64,000 bases of DNA. Source: the human T2T-CHM13v2.0 reference genome, Homo sapiens. A model generated the notes under the pieces. The model was not told where the DNA came from, searched no databases, and saw nothing but the letters and a program-made list of their open reading frames with translations. Positions 26,816 through 39,889 of this stretch are shown in pieces. The first letter of the stretch is position 1. Each line of letters opens with the position of its first letter. The stretch lies in the NCBI RefSeq assembly GCF_009914755.1, contig NC_060926.1; one strand, given 5' to 3'. A program made the translations under genes and the position numbers.

Positions 26816-27097
26816 CGGGTGAGGTGACTCATGCCTATAATCAGCGCTTTGGGAGGTCGAGGTGGGTGGTTTGCTTGAGTCTAGGAGTTCAGAACCAGCC
26901 TGGGCAACATGGCGAAATTCCATCTCTACAAAAATACAAAAATTAGTGGTGCACACCTGTAGTCCCAACTACTCAGGAGGCTGAGGTGGGATGATCACTT
27001 GAGCATGGGAGGTGGAGGTTGCAGCAAGCCAAGATTGCACCACTGCACTCCAGCCTGGGCAATAGAGTAAGACTCCATCTCAACAGAAAAAAAAAAA
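26816..27097 (+). mobile_element. AluJ
   Basis: Two-arm Alu with J-type GCTTGAGTCTAGGAG; perfect TSD TATAGGGTAGCAG (26795-26807 / 27099-27111); 8 extra nt at the 5' junction. Confidence 0.95.
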
Positions 27098-27633
27098 CTA
27101 TAGGGTAGCAGATCTGTCAGGCATGGGGAATTCAAACCAGCTACGTTCACAGGAAAGCACTGTCTGGGAAACCTTCAGAAAAGACTTCAAGAGGGGAGGT
27201 GGAGGCAGAGGTCAGATGTCAGGATCCATGTGTATAAGGGGTACAGAAGAATGACCAGGCTGCTCAGGGAGAGGGTTAGGTATAAGGTGCAGGCAGGGAT
27301 GAGACTACTGAAGGATATGAGCAGCATCCATGATCTGGGGCGTTCAGGAAGATGAGAAAACTGGCCCAAACCTTGAACTTCAGAGGCCTTGCCATTTCTA
27401 CATGTCTCAGAATCAAGAGACCAGCTGAGGTTTAACAACTGTGGTGCCAAGCTGAGCTCAGATGTGCCAAATGAGGAAACACTGGTCTCTAACATCCACA
27501 CACTGAGGTGTCCAGGTACACTCACAGCCCATTAATCAAGGATCAAAGTCTTTTCAACTTCTTTTTTTGGACAAAAGATAAGGATGGACCCAGGAGGAAC
27601 TTCCATGACCCCTCCCCCATTTTCATATGCTGA

Positions 27634-27930
<297 letters not shown>

Positions 27931-28164
27931 TGATAAGCCGATTTTAACTGGCCATTTCTCCCTGTTTCCTGAGGTTATCAGGAAGCTTAAAGTAAAATGT
28001 AAAATTTTACAACAGGAACCATATGAAACCTCTGTGGTCATCTCTGTCTGCTCTTAAGTTCCTACTCTTTTTCACCTGTATCTCTTATTCTATACTATCA
28101 TCCTGTTACCACTGCTGCACAGGCCACTCCAATCCTTTGTGGAATAAAGTAGAGAAGAGTAACA

Positions 28165-28693
<529 letters not shown>

Positions 28694-28844
28694 TGGAACC
28701 CATATTCTTAAAGTACTACACATATACACATCCAGGCCCAAAATACTCTGTAGGGCATTGGTGGGAACATTGCTACATTATAGTCGATGAATGTAGTATG
28801 GAAACTTATGATAACTACCTGGCTTTTGAACAATAGTTTGCAGT

Positions 28845-29015
28845 AGAGGTCAATGGCCTACAGACCAAATTTGGCCCATAGATATGAATTATCAGGAACC
28901 TACAGTATTTTTTTTAATCAAATCTAATTTCGTTTTCCAGGTCTCCCCAGTGCCCACCATTCTTCACTGCCTGGCTCACTCATTTATATCACTCGTTTCA
29001 AGTTCATGGACCTTG
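28845..29015 (+). mobile_element. MER102-like hAT element
   Basis: GGCCTACAGACCAAATTTGGCCCATAGA and CACTCATTTATATCAC motifs. Confidence 0.5.
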
Positions 29016-29823
29016 CTTTAGAATTTTCAAGATATTCTCACATCTATCAGCTCATTCAGTCTTTGAAATGTTCCTACAAGCGAGGCAACACAGAAATCAA
29101 AATCTCCTTTTACAGGTGGAGAAACTAAAGTTCCGGGCAGTTGAACTCCTCATGTGGGCTCAAATGCCAAGAAGTGGCTTGGCTGGAAGTAGAACCTCCT
29201 GTGTGGGGTGTAATCTCACAGCATAGATCACCTTCCCCGCAGAACCTTGAAGAACACAGGTTGCCTAACAGCAGTGATTAGCAGGGGAGTGCATGCTCCT
29301 CTAGGAGAACATAGACCAGGGCTTGACAGCAGGTGGTTGAGAACAGGGGCTCCAGGAAGCCTCACCTGTAGCCCTGCCCCCATTCCCAATCAGACCCAGC
29401 AAGCCATGGTGGGAAGGGAAGTAGGAAACCCCTGACATGATATCTGCGAGTGGACTGTTTGCCAGGCTTTTCTGTGGTGTGGCATCATTCCCTGGGGAAG
29501 TGGGTTATCCTGCTGGGAGAATCCTAATTCATCCCAAGCCTCAGATGCTCTCACCATCCTCAGGTGGCTCCCTACCTTACAACTTTACCAAAAGACAGGG
29601 CATCCCAGGGCCACAGATTCCCATTTGGAGCTACTCTCTGGGCCTGAAGAGCTTCAGAATTGGTCCTTTCTGAGGACCCTGTACTCTGGGAGATGATGGA
29701 CACTACAAGAAACATTTCTTAGGCCCCAAGGCATTCCCTAGTCTCCCTTCCAGACCCAAAGTCATGAGACTCTGAGCTAGTGACCTTGAGGGGTTCCTTT
29801 CTAGAAGAGGAGGTGCACTCGAG

Positions 29824-29985
29824 CAAGGGTTCTCAAATGTAGCTGCACATTGGGATGGCCCAGGAGAGCATTTTCAAGACATGGATTCCTGAGCCATACC
29901 CAGGATGCACTGAATCATAAACTCTGCAAGCAGGTCCTGGAATCTGCATTTTCACTAGCTCTGCAAATGAGTCATATGCCTAAAG
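29824..29985. mobile_element. MER5A/B hAT-Charlie MITE
   Basis: CAAGGGTTCTCAAATGTAGCTGCACATTGG...GGAATCTGCATTTTCACTAGCTC. Confidence 0.75.
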
Positions 29986-30736
29986 GGACAGGCTGGGATG
30001 GAGTCTTCTTCCCAGCCACAACCACAAAGGGAATGACACACACCAGGAGCTGTGGGGTGGGCACCGAAGCTGGCCCACCTTCCTTCAACTCCAGGTTGTT
30101 TCAATGCCGGTACCCAGCCTGTCCTGAACAGCATCGGCTCACAGCCAAGCACCAGTTCCCTGGGACTCCAGCTTAGGGTCCATAAGATTTAAAACATTTT
30201 AATCCAAAGCTGCTGAGCAGGTGAGACGCTTCCAAATGCCCAACAGCCAGCTCCTACCACTCTGAGTGAAAAGGGCCAGACCCGAGGGCCATGAAACCAT
30301 TTGCCCTGAGCCCAGAAGGGGATGTGCAGAGTCAGGGATAACCCCATCACCTGCAAGGACCACCAGGTATATGTTTTTCCCACACCAGGATTGGTGGTAT
30401 AGGGGTAGGAAGCCCATAGTGGCCTTTTTGCTTACTTTCTGTTAGGAACTGAAGATTTGGGGCCCTGCTGGCTCTGTGGCTTTTGAATAGGGGACACAGA
30501 AATGCCTAAATGTGCACCAGCCACTTCTCCCCATGAGGAGCCTGATCAGGTAGTTCAGCAAAAGGAAGACAGGGCTCTATTTCTTTATTAGCAGACAGTC
30601 CTAATGGTGGTGGGGTTGCAAGACTCAGCCAAGAAGCCTAAGGCTGGAAAGACCTCTCCCTGGAAGCTAAAGTGCTGAATGGATAGATTCTTGGGAGCAA
30701 AAATAAGACAGTGCTGGAGATAACCAGGCCCTGGGA

Positions 30737-30793
30737 CTGCCTCCCCACCCCCCCTCCTGCCTCCCCTGCCTCCCCTGCCTCCCCTGCCTCCCC
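30737..30793. repeat. (CTGCCTCCC)n 9-mer tandem
   Basis: 4 perfect units at 30757-30792 plus one at 30737-30745. Confidence 0.95.
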
Positions 30794-32682
30794 GCAGCAG
30801 CAATTTCAGCATCCTCCTATGGAGTTCTGCCATCACGCCTCTGGGCTGAGCTGCCCATCAGAACCACGTCTCACTTCTCTCCCCTGCCCACATGATGTGC
30901 CAGGAGCTCTATGTGACCCCCTTGCTCTGTGTTGCTGTCATTGCCCTCTTCATTGTGGGCCAGGTCAACTCCCTATCCCAAACCCCAGAGAAGTGCCCCA
31001 CGTCCTTGAGATCAGGAACTGAACTTGACTTCCCTACCACTCATCAGGATTCAAGCCAGTGCCCTGTGCCTGACCTGCTCATTCCCACAGGCGCCCGTCA
31101 CTGGCCAAATGCCCCCTCCAACCTTCAGTTCCACCTCTGTTCCTTTCCCCTTGTCCTGTCCAGCCAGCTTTCCCTTGTGAACGAGAAGGGAGAGAGCATG
31201 TTGCCTTCAGAAACCTCCCTTTCTTGCCTTGCAAGTCCCTCAAGGTCCCGTAACGTATATTTCATCTAGCGATTCTCTACAGCCTAACACCTTGACCCAC
31301 TTGCATGCTTTCTTTGCAGTCCTCATCTGCTCTACTACAGATGTGGCCTCTGTCTGTCTTTTTTGGTGTCATCTGTCTTGGACTCTCCTTCTCAGGGGTG
31401 GGCTCTGTGTCTTCAGCTCATTCTATGGTATCCCATGCAAGCTCACACTTACTAAATGCCCAAAGCAGGAATGATTTCTGCTCAAGACTACCCAGAAAGA
31501 TGACCCGAGGCTCCTCAGCCATCTCCAAAGTCCAGTCCAGTGTTCAGGGCTCCTGAACGCTCCCAGCCAGAGCTGAGCTGGCTCAGCTGTTCAGCTCCCT
31601 GGTCACCAGGGGACACTAGCTACCTCAGAGGAGAAGCAAGTGGCCACTGTGCCTGCTGGGCCGGGGCATGGAACCATCCTGGAAGCTCAACTGCTGGCCC
31701 TCAGGTCATGGAGAATCCCAAGACTCATCATGTGTGTGGCAGGGGTGAGGGTGGAGGTCAGAGGTTGGGGGAGATGTCAGACTGGGAGATAGAAGCAGCC
31801 ACAGGGAAAAGCAGGAAGGGCCAAGGTAGGCAGCTCTTCTCAGAGCAGCAGGCCAGCAGCCTGGCTGGAAGGAGGGGACCCAACCACAAACTTGTGGCCT
31901 ATGAAATCCATTCCCCCTTCACTGGGGATTCTGCTCAGCCCTTCCTCACTGATTCCCTTCTGACTTCACATTAAACTTTACTACAACGCACAGCTTGTAA
32001 ATGGCATTAAAACAATTTACAGCAGCCTTTATGTGCCTTGGTTTAAATAATAAACATTTTTATTTCACTCTTCTGTGAAATGAAATTCTTGGGGGGCAAA
32101 GTATAGAAAAGTATGGGACCAGGAGGTAGGGGTGGGAGGGCCAAATGAACAGAAAATAAATACAATGGGCAGCGATGGGGACGTGTGGGTTCCCAGACTC
32201 TCTGACCACAAAGAGCTTGTATACCATGTCCTGGCCACTCGGGGCTTTGGTGGCCAGAGTCCTGCGCCAAGAAAAAGCAGAAGTGAACCACATTTGGGAT
32301 GTTCTAGCTGTGGGCCAGCATGACTACTCCTTAAGTGGAAATCATTCAAGCTCCCAGGCCTCTCGCTAAACCTGAAGCATCAGCAATAGCCAGCTTGTTA
32401 CTTTCCTTAACTAATGCCTTTCTGTTTCCTGCAGAGTAAACAACTTGATCCCATTAGTTGTTGTAAAATATTTACCAAGCGGCCGAGGTGGCTCCCTTCT
32501 TCCCAGCACGTAAGAAGGTAGAGAGCCCTGGGTGAGGCCTCTGAACACAGATGGACAGGCATGACCAGGAGCTTCCGGTCAGTGTCACATAGATGGGGGA
32601 GGAGTGGAGGGAGGACTGAAAAGGGGCGGAGTGAGAAGGAGCAAGTGCAGACAGACAAAGCCTGCCTCGAAAGGGAAGGAGC

Positions 32683-32937
32683 ACTAAATGCAACGTGGGG
32701 GCCTGGATCAGCTCCTGGGACAGAAAGGGGCATCAGGAGGAAAACTAGTAAAATCTGAATAAAGTCTGGAGTTCAGTTAACAGTGAAGCATCTGTGCTGG
32801 TGTTTTACTTGTGACCATGTGCTGCAGTAACCTAAGATGACAACGTCAGGGGGAACTGGGTGAGGGGTATATGGAAACTCCCTAGTCTCTTTATAACGTC
32901 TCTATAACTCTAAAATTATTATAAAGCAAAAAGTTTT
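32683..32937 (+). mobile_element. L1MC-type 3' end
   Basis: CTAAATGCAACGTGGG...GAAAACTAGTAAAATCTGAATAAAGTCTGGAGTT...CTCTAAAATTATT. Confidence 0.75.
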
Positions 32938-33382
32938 TTGTTTTTTTTTTTCAAATAGCAAATGTGCTATTTGGAGGTGAGGGATTCTCCATGACAGCTG
33001 TTGGCGTTTGGGGATAGCAAAATACCCACAGTGGACTTCTCTGTGTGGGACCTCACTGGAGAGACAGCCTGTGAGTCATGGCCAAATTATAACTAAAGTG
33101 GAAAGGGCAGGAAACAGAGAGGGGCGTTCTTCCCACAGAGATGAAGTCAAGGAATCAGGCCAAGAGATGCTGCGCCACCTCGGAGAAACCACCTTCAGGG
33201 CAAGAAAGTTCGCTGGATGGAGGCAATGAAATGAACAGGGTGGAAAACCTGACTTGCTGCATCGCCCCCAGATTTCTGACTCTGGGCACATGTGGTTACA
33301 CCCTTCCTTGGCCCTCTCCTCATGCAGGCAACAGTCAGGGACTAACAGGCCCAGCGGATCAAGATGGTGCAGAGGGAAGGCA

Positions 33383-33833
33383 TGACGGTGAATGTTATGC
33401 ATCCACCGGGCTAGGCTGCAGTGCGCAGTTGCTTGGTGAAGCACCAGTCTAGATGTTGCTGTGAAGGCATTCTTAGTTGTGATTAACATTTGCAATTAGT
33501 AGACTTTGAGCCAAGCAGATTACCCTCCATAATATGGGTGGGCCTCACCCAATCAGTTAAAGACTTAAGAGCAAAGTCAGGTTTCCCAAAGAAGGAAAAT
33601 TGCCTCAAGGCTGCAACACAGAACCCCTGTCTGAGATTCCAGCTTGCCAGGCCTGCCCTACGGATCTCAAGCTCAAGACTACACCAACTCTTATCTGCCC
33701 TTCCAGCCTGCTAGCCGGACCTTTGGATTTCAGAGTTGCCAGTCTCCACAACTGCATGAGCTAATGCCTTAAAATCAGTCCAGCTCTCTCTCTCATACTG
33801 GCTCTGTTTCTTTGAAGAACCTTGACTAATACC
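33383..33833 (+). mobile_element. MLT2D-like ERVL solo LTR
   Basis: AAGCAGATTACCCTCCATAATATGGGTGGGCCTCACCCAATCAG...GAACCTTGACTAATAC; 5-bp TSD AGGCA (33378-33382 / 33834-33838). Confidence 0.9.
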
Positions 33834-34910
33834 AGGCAAGCCGAGGGCCTGGAGATCATGGGCAGGGATCAGAGGCCCCTTCTCTGCTGCCCTGCTGTGA
33901 CTGCCTCTGTGGGTTCAGGGACTGGGACACCATTTACTGGGGCTTCCACCGCTTCCTTGCTCAATCACCAAAATAAAGCCTTCACATTGACTGTCTTAGA
34001 GGATGTCTTTCCTTGTACTCAAAAGTGACAGCAAATGACAAAGATTTCGGAAATAGCTTGGTGGACATTTCCCCCTCCCCTCCGCCCACCCAACTCTCAT
34101 TTTCAACTTAAAAACATGTTGCTCAACTTCCTGCCCAGTTGTGTGAGCCCTGGGCTGACAGCATTTCCTCAGTGGTGACCAAAATGTGCCACCTGCCAAG
34201 GAGATACCCCACTGAGTGCTGAGCTACCCGATGGCGCTCCACGGGACCATCCTGCTGGAAGAGGCTGATAATCCTGAGGCATCCCTTCACCTGAATGTCC
34301 TTGGCAGCAAAGTCAGAAGTAGCACCCAGGACACTGCCCCCTACCCCCTCCCGTGGACTCTAAGCTGACCTAGGGGTCCAGAGATCTAAGCTGCAGCCTC
34401 AGCACTCCACATGGCACCAAGTCCTTGTCTCCCTGTACTTCTGTGAGCCTTGGTGTCCCCGCTCTACAAAGCACAGAACCTTCACCTGGCAGAAACATAT
34501 GTGACCCTTACAGCTGGGTGGATGACAGCAGAGAGGTCACATCCTAGGGGTCACTAGGGCATACCCTAGAGGTCAAACAACAGAGTGAGAAGCTGGGCAT
34601 TTTCCAGGGCTGATACCACCCGCACTCGGGACACTTTTTCAAAGAGCAGCGGCCTGCTCCCCACGGAAGCCTGGCCTCCTGCGGGACACCAGAGCATCCT
34701 TCCTCTGCTCAGCCAAGACACCCCTTCCCACTGCAGCAGCCTGGCACTCTAGCTCCTGCCCTCAGCTCACCACTGACCCAGGAGGGACATATCCTCAGGG
34801 AGGTGGGAGAGCAACTCCAGCCTCAATCAGCCTCCACTGCACAGGACAGCACCGGCGGCAGGCGCTTTAGAAATCCAGGGCCTCTTTGGGAGCTTCTTTT
34901 GCCTTCAAGT

Positions 34911-35078
34911 GAGGACTGCCAGATTTAACAAACAAAAATACAGGACACCCAATTAATTTGAATTTCAGATCAACTACAAAACATCTCATGCAATATTTGA
35001 GATGTGTAATAAAAATTATTTGTTTTTTCTCTGAAACCGAAATAGAACTGGGTGTCCAATATCTCATCTGGTGTCCCT
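34911..35078. mobile_element. MER53 palindromic hAT MITE
   Basis: GCCAGATTTAACAAACAAAAATACAGGACACCCAATTAATTTGAATTTCAGAT with inverted arm CTGAAACC...AACTGGGTGTCC. Confidence 0.85.
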
Positions 35079-36479
35079 CCTCCTTCAAAAGGAGGAGAGC
35101 CGTGAGGGCTACAGCATCAGTCCTTGCTTGTCACCAGCCTCTGAGTGCCTAGTCCCAGTTCCTCACAGCTGGAGCCACTCACTCAGCCCGGCCTAACCCT
35201 AAGCTGCGGCAGAAGGGGTTTAACCAGTTCTGGCCCCACACGAAAGCAGAGCCCCAGGCTCCCAAACAGCTCACTTGCCCCCAAGCCCTAGTCTTGGGTG
35301 GCATTTTTTGGACCTATATGCCTGTGCTGGTGTTCCACTGGGCACTTCTTCAAGGCCCGGGACCTGCCTGATAATGCCAGGTTCTTTGCCTGTCCTCATA
35401 TCCACTGTCTGTACCCCAACATAATAGGTAGAGAACCCTGACTCCGGGGGGCAGTCAGTCACTTCATCTGGTAGATCTGAGACTAAAGACAGTTATAACG
35501 CCTGAACCCTGCACTTACAGGTGCCAACTCACCCGCTAGCACCTGCAGCTGGGTGAACACCTCACCCAAGTAAGTGGGACTCTTCTCAAACCCCAGTTTT
35601 TCCCCACCCGCCCTGTCATGCCCTCCCGTCCTACACAGCTCCAACCCCGATAGCCATGGTTCAGATCTTAGCTAAGTCTGGTTTTTGATCAAGACCACTC
35701 TTCAAAATAAGGCCGACAAAAATGCAACCAGGGACCATGCCACGCCAGAAATCCCACCACTTCCCCTGAGGCATCTGCTCCATTTTTTAGCCTGAATCCC
35801 AGGATGGTCCTGCCGCCACTAAAAAGCAGTTGCCTGCTTCCATTACTAGATTCTCCTATTGCTGCTTCCCAGGAGCTCAAAGCCCACAAATACTTAGCTT
35901 CTGATTAGACAGGTTTCTTCACCACCTCGGCATCCATGCTTTCTAACGAGAGACATAGCAGGGCATCCATATTTTACTGAGGACTAAATCTTTTCTTCTC
36001 ATGCTGGTTTTTAGATCATAGCATTTAAGTCTGATCAAGGCTGGTAAGACCCTTCTGGGCTTCTCTTACCAGATCTTACACACCCTTGAGCCCCTGCCAT
36101 CGTTTGGTAAGAATCCCACAATAGTGTAGTTAGGCAAAACCCAAGGAAAGCAAAAATCCACACAGTTCATTCATTCAGTCATTCACTCAGGCATGCCTCC
36201 TCTGTGCCAGGCACTGAATTAGGCTCTGTGGCTATCAGGGAGAGCAAGTCAGCATCCCTGCCTGCAAGGAGATCACACGTTACTTAGGGAGACAGTAAAA
36301 GTAAACAGGCCACTTCGAGGAAGTCCAGTGCATGCTTTGATCCCCTGGGATGAGCTGTCTGCTTAATGGCTGTACTGATTTTTTTCAAAAGTAGTTTGCA
36401 ATAAGACTGAAATCACACTTACATATGTGTGAGCTTACTCTGGCCATTGTGCCAATGCCATCAAAGATGATCTTAGCGT

Positions 36480-36750
36480 GGCTGACTGCTACCTGTCATT
36501 CCAGTCTCATCATAAATGTCCCTTCCTCTGAGACTCTTTCCCCAGCTGCCTGATCTAAAGTGGCCTGTCCCTCCGTCCTCATATCCTGTTTTATTGTTAC
36601 TATGGCATTTGTCCATGTCTGGGCTTTTCTTGTTTGTTCATCTGTCCTCCACTGAGAGCAGATTCTTGTCCATCATATTCAACCCCAGAACCCAGCATAG
36701 CGCCTACCCCATTCAACTTTGCTGCACAAATGAATAAACAAGTGAATGAA
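36480..36750 (+). mobile_element. L2 3' end
   Basis: CCCAGAACCCAGCATAGCGCCT...AAATGAATAAACAAGTGAATGAA. Confidence 0.6.
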
Positions 36751-38212
36751 CAGAAAGAACACTAACCCTGTAGTTCCCAACCTCTAGGGGCCCTTGAATG
36801 TCATAACAGGTCACTGCAAGCTATTTTCAATATATTCCAAAGCCTAACAGGCTTCATTTGTTTGCTTATCCTTGATAAAGTCCCACAGGAGAAACAAAAT
36901 GTCACATTTCTTTGCCTTTGACTGGAATGATATCAACTCAGCATTACCGGTCCCCATGCTAATCAGAAACTGTAATTAGAAAATATATTTTGATTATTAA
37001 AAGTGGAAAAACAAAAGCATCATAACATCAGAGCCATTTATTTAGTGGGTAACATCTTTCAACACAGGAAACCACGGAGCAAAATATATAAAGAACTAAA
37101 GGGTTCTCATGGGAGAGAAGAGACTGGGAATAGCTTCCTATTTCCTGGGTGGCTAGGCTGAGGCTTGAGGTCATACAGAGGAAACCCGGGCCAGAGTTCA
37201 GTGCATTAAACCATCTGAACAAAGGAGGATGTGACTAGGCCATAAAAATATTGCTCATAAAAGAAATCATGCTCTAGAGAAAGAGCAATTTAAACGAAAG
37301 CTGGAATTATTATTCGCAGCACAGATACTGTGTATCTGCAGGCTCGCTGCTCTCAAATGGATCATCCATTTAATGCTGGCAATCTTCAGAAGCACTAATG
37401 AAGATCTGGAAAGTGTAAACCCATCAGTGGGGCGCCAGCATACTGCTTTTCATTTATCCTAATATTTTAAAGAACATAAATGGCATGGGCACTTATCCCT
37501 TTGGAAGTTCTGACCTTTGAATAGCACTTTAAACGCTTCAATTAAAGGCACTATATAAAACCACAGCCTTGTCATTTCACTTGATCAAATGACTGGCCTT
37601 GGAATGCAAAACTTCAGGGGAAAAATAGAACAGTCCAGGTCAACTGGGACTCCAGTTACTGGAGGCCAAAGGGGCTGTTATGCTGTTATCTAATCTCTGA
37701 GCTCTGGTGTGCCCCTGCTACCGAGTGTCTGTGCCACTGATCCAACTAGGGCACTGGGTCCTGGAAGGAGCCCCCTGTTATAAGGAGAGGGCTTTGAGCA
37801 GGCTCACTGAAAGGAGAGAGGATCCCCACTGGCCAGTCCTTGGCAACGGATCCCTAGAGTAACCACTTGAAAAGGACTGAACAGTGGAAACGTTACTTCT
37901 CCTGCCTTCCAGGGCAGTGGGAGAAAGACCCTGCTAGTACGGTGACTGGCTGCTTTATTTCTCTTATGAAAAGTAGCCCAACCAGAGAGGACAGCAGCCA
38001 CAGCTCAGCCTAACAATAGGACCTCTAGTTATGCTGAACAGGAGCAAGAAGAGACCTAGACAGCGCTAATAGCAATGATTCTCCCCACTTGCATTCTTTC
38101 AATCCAACCAGCGTGCAACTTGGTTTAGAAAATTAGGTATGTTGTTTAAAATTCAATTAAAACTTCAAACTTCGAGTCAAATTAAAAGTCCCAGGGGCAC
38201 AGGGAATCTACA

Positions 38213-38413
38213 GCAGTGGTTCTGGTTCTCAAACATCCGTGTGCCCCAAATCACCCAAGAGGCTCATGAAATGCAGATCCCCAGGCCCTGCTCCCAAAAT
38301 GCTGACTCAGCAGGACTGAGGGGGACACTGTGGGAGCCTACATTCTAAGAAGCTTCCCAAGTGATTCCAAAGTAGGCAGGTGATGATGAGTGGGTCCCAC
38401 TTTGAGAAAATGC
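38213..38413. mobile_element. MER5B/A MITE
   Basis: CAGTGGTTCT...AAATGCAGATCCCCAGGCCC...CACTTTGAGAAA. Confidence 0.75.
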
Positions 38414-38732
38414 CAAGTTGAAGGTGATCATCTTCTGGTTTACCATTGTCCGTTTGGTAGGTTCGGGCTCATCTGTCCCCACTCTCCTTTCTCGGGACAC
38501 TTGCCTCAGAAGTGTGGTCATGAGAAAGGATCAATATTTAGATCAGTAAATCCAGATGCAGAAAGAGCCAAAAACCATCTCAGGCGTACTCCTGGAGGTT
38601 GGTCCAAGATCCTCAGCCTCAGGGCATGGGAAGCCACTGGCCAGACATTATGACCCAGATCACTGAGCCATCACTCACCACAATCTAGTACCTATGATTC
38701 AGATCAATGTACCAGGGTCTAAAATCATCCAG

Positions 38733-39012
38733 CCCAGGGGTTCTGGGTCTTTCGTGTGCACCTGCCATGGGGAGGCCTTTACATCCCTTCTCAGAATAGC
38801 ACTTATAAATGCAAAAAACAAGATGCATAGTATTATAAAGGACACAAATTATATTGAAATCGGGTATTTCAAAATATTTTTTAAACTCGTGATATAGTGA
38901 TACAAGTGTTTCTTCACTGATGCATTAAACAAGATCTAGCAGCAGGTCTAACTGCTGCAGTTTCAAGGTAGTGACATGATAAAAACAGCATTTCAAAATA
39001 CTTGCAACACTA
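38733..39012 (+). mobile_element. hAT-Charlie element (MER119-like)
   Basis: CCCTTCTCAGAATAG...AAATGCA...AAAGGACACAAATTATATTGAAAT motif. Confidence 0.55.
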
Positions 39013-39021
39013 CACACGATC

Positions 39022-39451
39022 GCAAACACATGGAATCAACTTAGGTGCCCATCAACAATGGATTGAACAAAGAAAATGTGGTACATATACACTACGGAAT
39101 ACTACACAGCCATAAAAAGAATGAAATCATGTCCTTTGCAGCCACATGGGTGCAGCTGGAGGCCATTAACCTCAGCGAATTAACACGGGAACAGAAAATC
39201 AAATCTGCATGTTCTCACTGATAAGTGGGAGCTAAACACTGGGTACTCATGGATACAAAGACAGCAACAATAGACACTGGGGACTACTACTAGACAGGAG
39301 AAGGAGGGAGGGGACAAGGGTTGAAAAACTAACTATTCGGTACTATGCTCATTACCTGGGTGATGGAATCATTTGTATCCCAAACCTCACCATCACACAA
39401 TATACTCCATGCAGCAAACCTGCACATGTGCCCCATGAATCTAAAAAGTTG

Positions 39452-39458
<7 letters not shown>
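39022..39458 (+). mobile_element. L1PB/L1PREC2-type 3' end
   Basis: ORF2 C-terminus plus GGGTTGAAAAACTAACTATTCGGTACTATGCTC 3'UTR. Confidence 0.85.
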
Positions 39459-39491
<33 letters not shown>

Positions 39492-39506
39492 TATTATATA
39501 TACACG

Positions 39507-39550
<44 letters not shown>

Positions 39551-39625
39551 CACACAGCTGTTGCAGGTATATATATATATATATACACACACACACGGCT
39601 GTTGCAGGTATATATATATATATAC
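39456..39625. repeat. Compound (TA)n/(TG)n/(CA)n microsatellite with a duplicated GCTGTTGCAGGTA anchor
   Basis: Anchor at 39557-39569 and 39598-39610 (41-bp period). Confidence 0.95.
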
Positions 39626-39889
39626 CTTGTGTAAATGTAAAGCTGGGCCAAGCCTGGGAGGCTCAACTTGGCAGCTAAGGCACCAGGCCTGGCTCTAGGA
39701 CCACATGAAAGGCAACAGCCCTTCTCACAGTCACCCGGAGGAACAATGATCAGGTGCTTTACTGTTTTTATTCATCCAGCCTGAAATCACCATGTGGCAA
39801 CTACACTCTATCTGAAAGTGGATAACACTAACTCAGCTTAGTGAGATGGCAATGGGCCCAATGTTGTCTGCTGTCAGGCTTAGGTCTGC

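Noticed and set aside
31990-32085. 7-bp hairpins TGTAAAT/ATTTACA and ATTTCAC/GTGAAAT
   Set aside because: Short AT-rich stems are expected by chance and insufficient on their own
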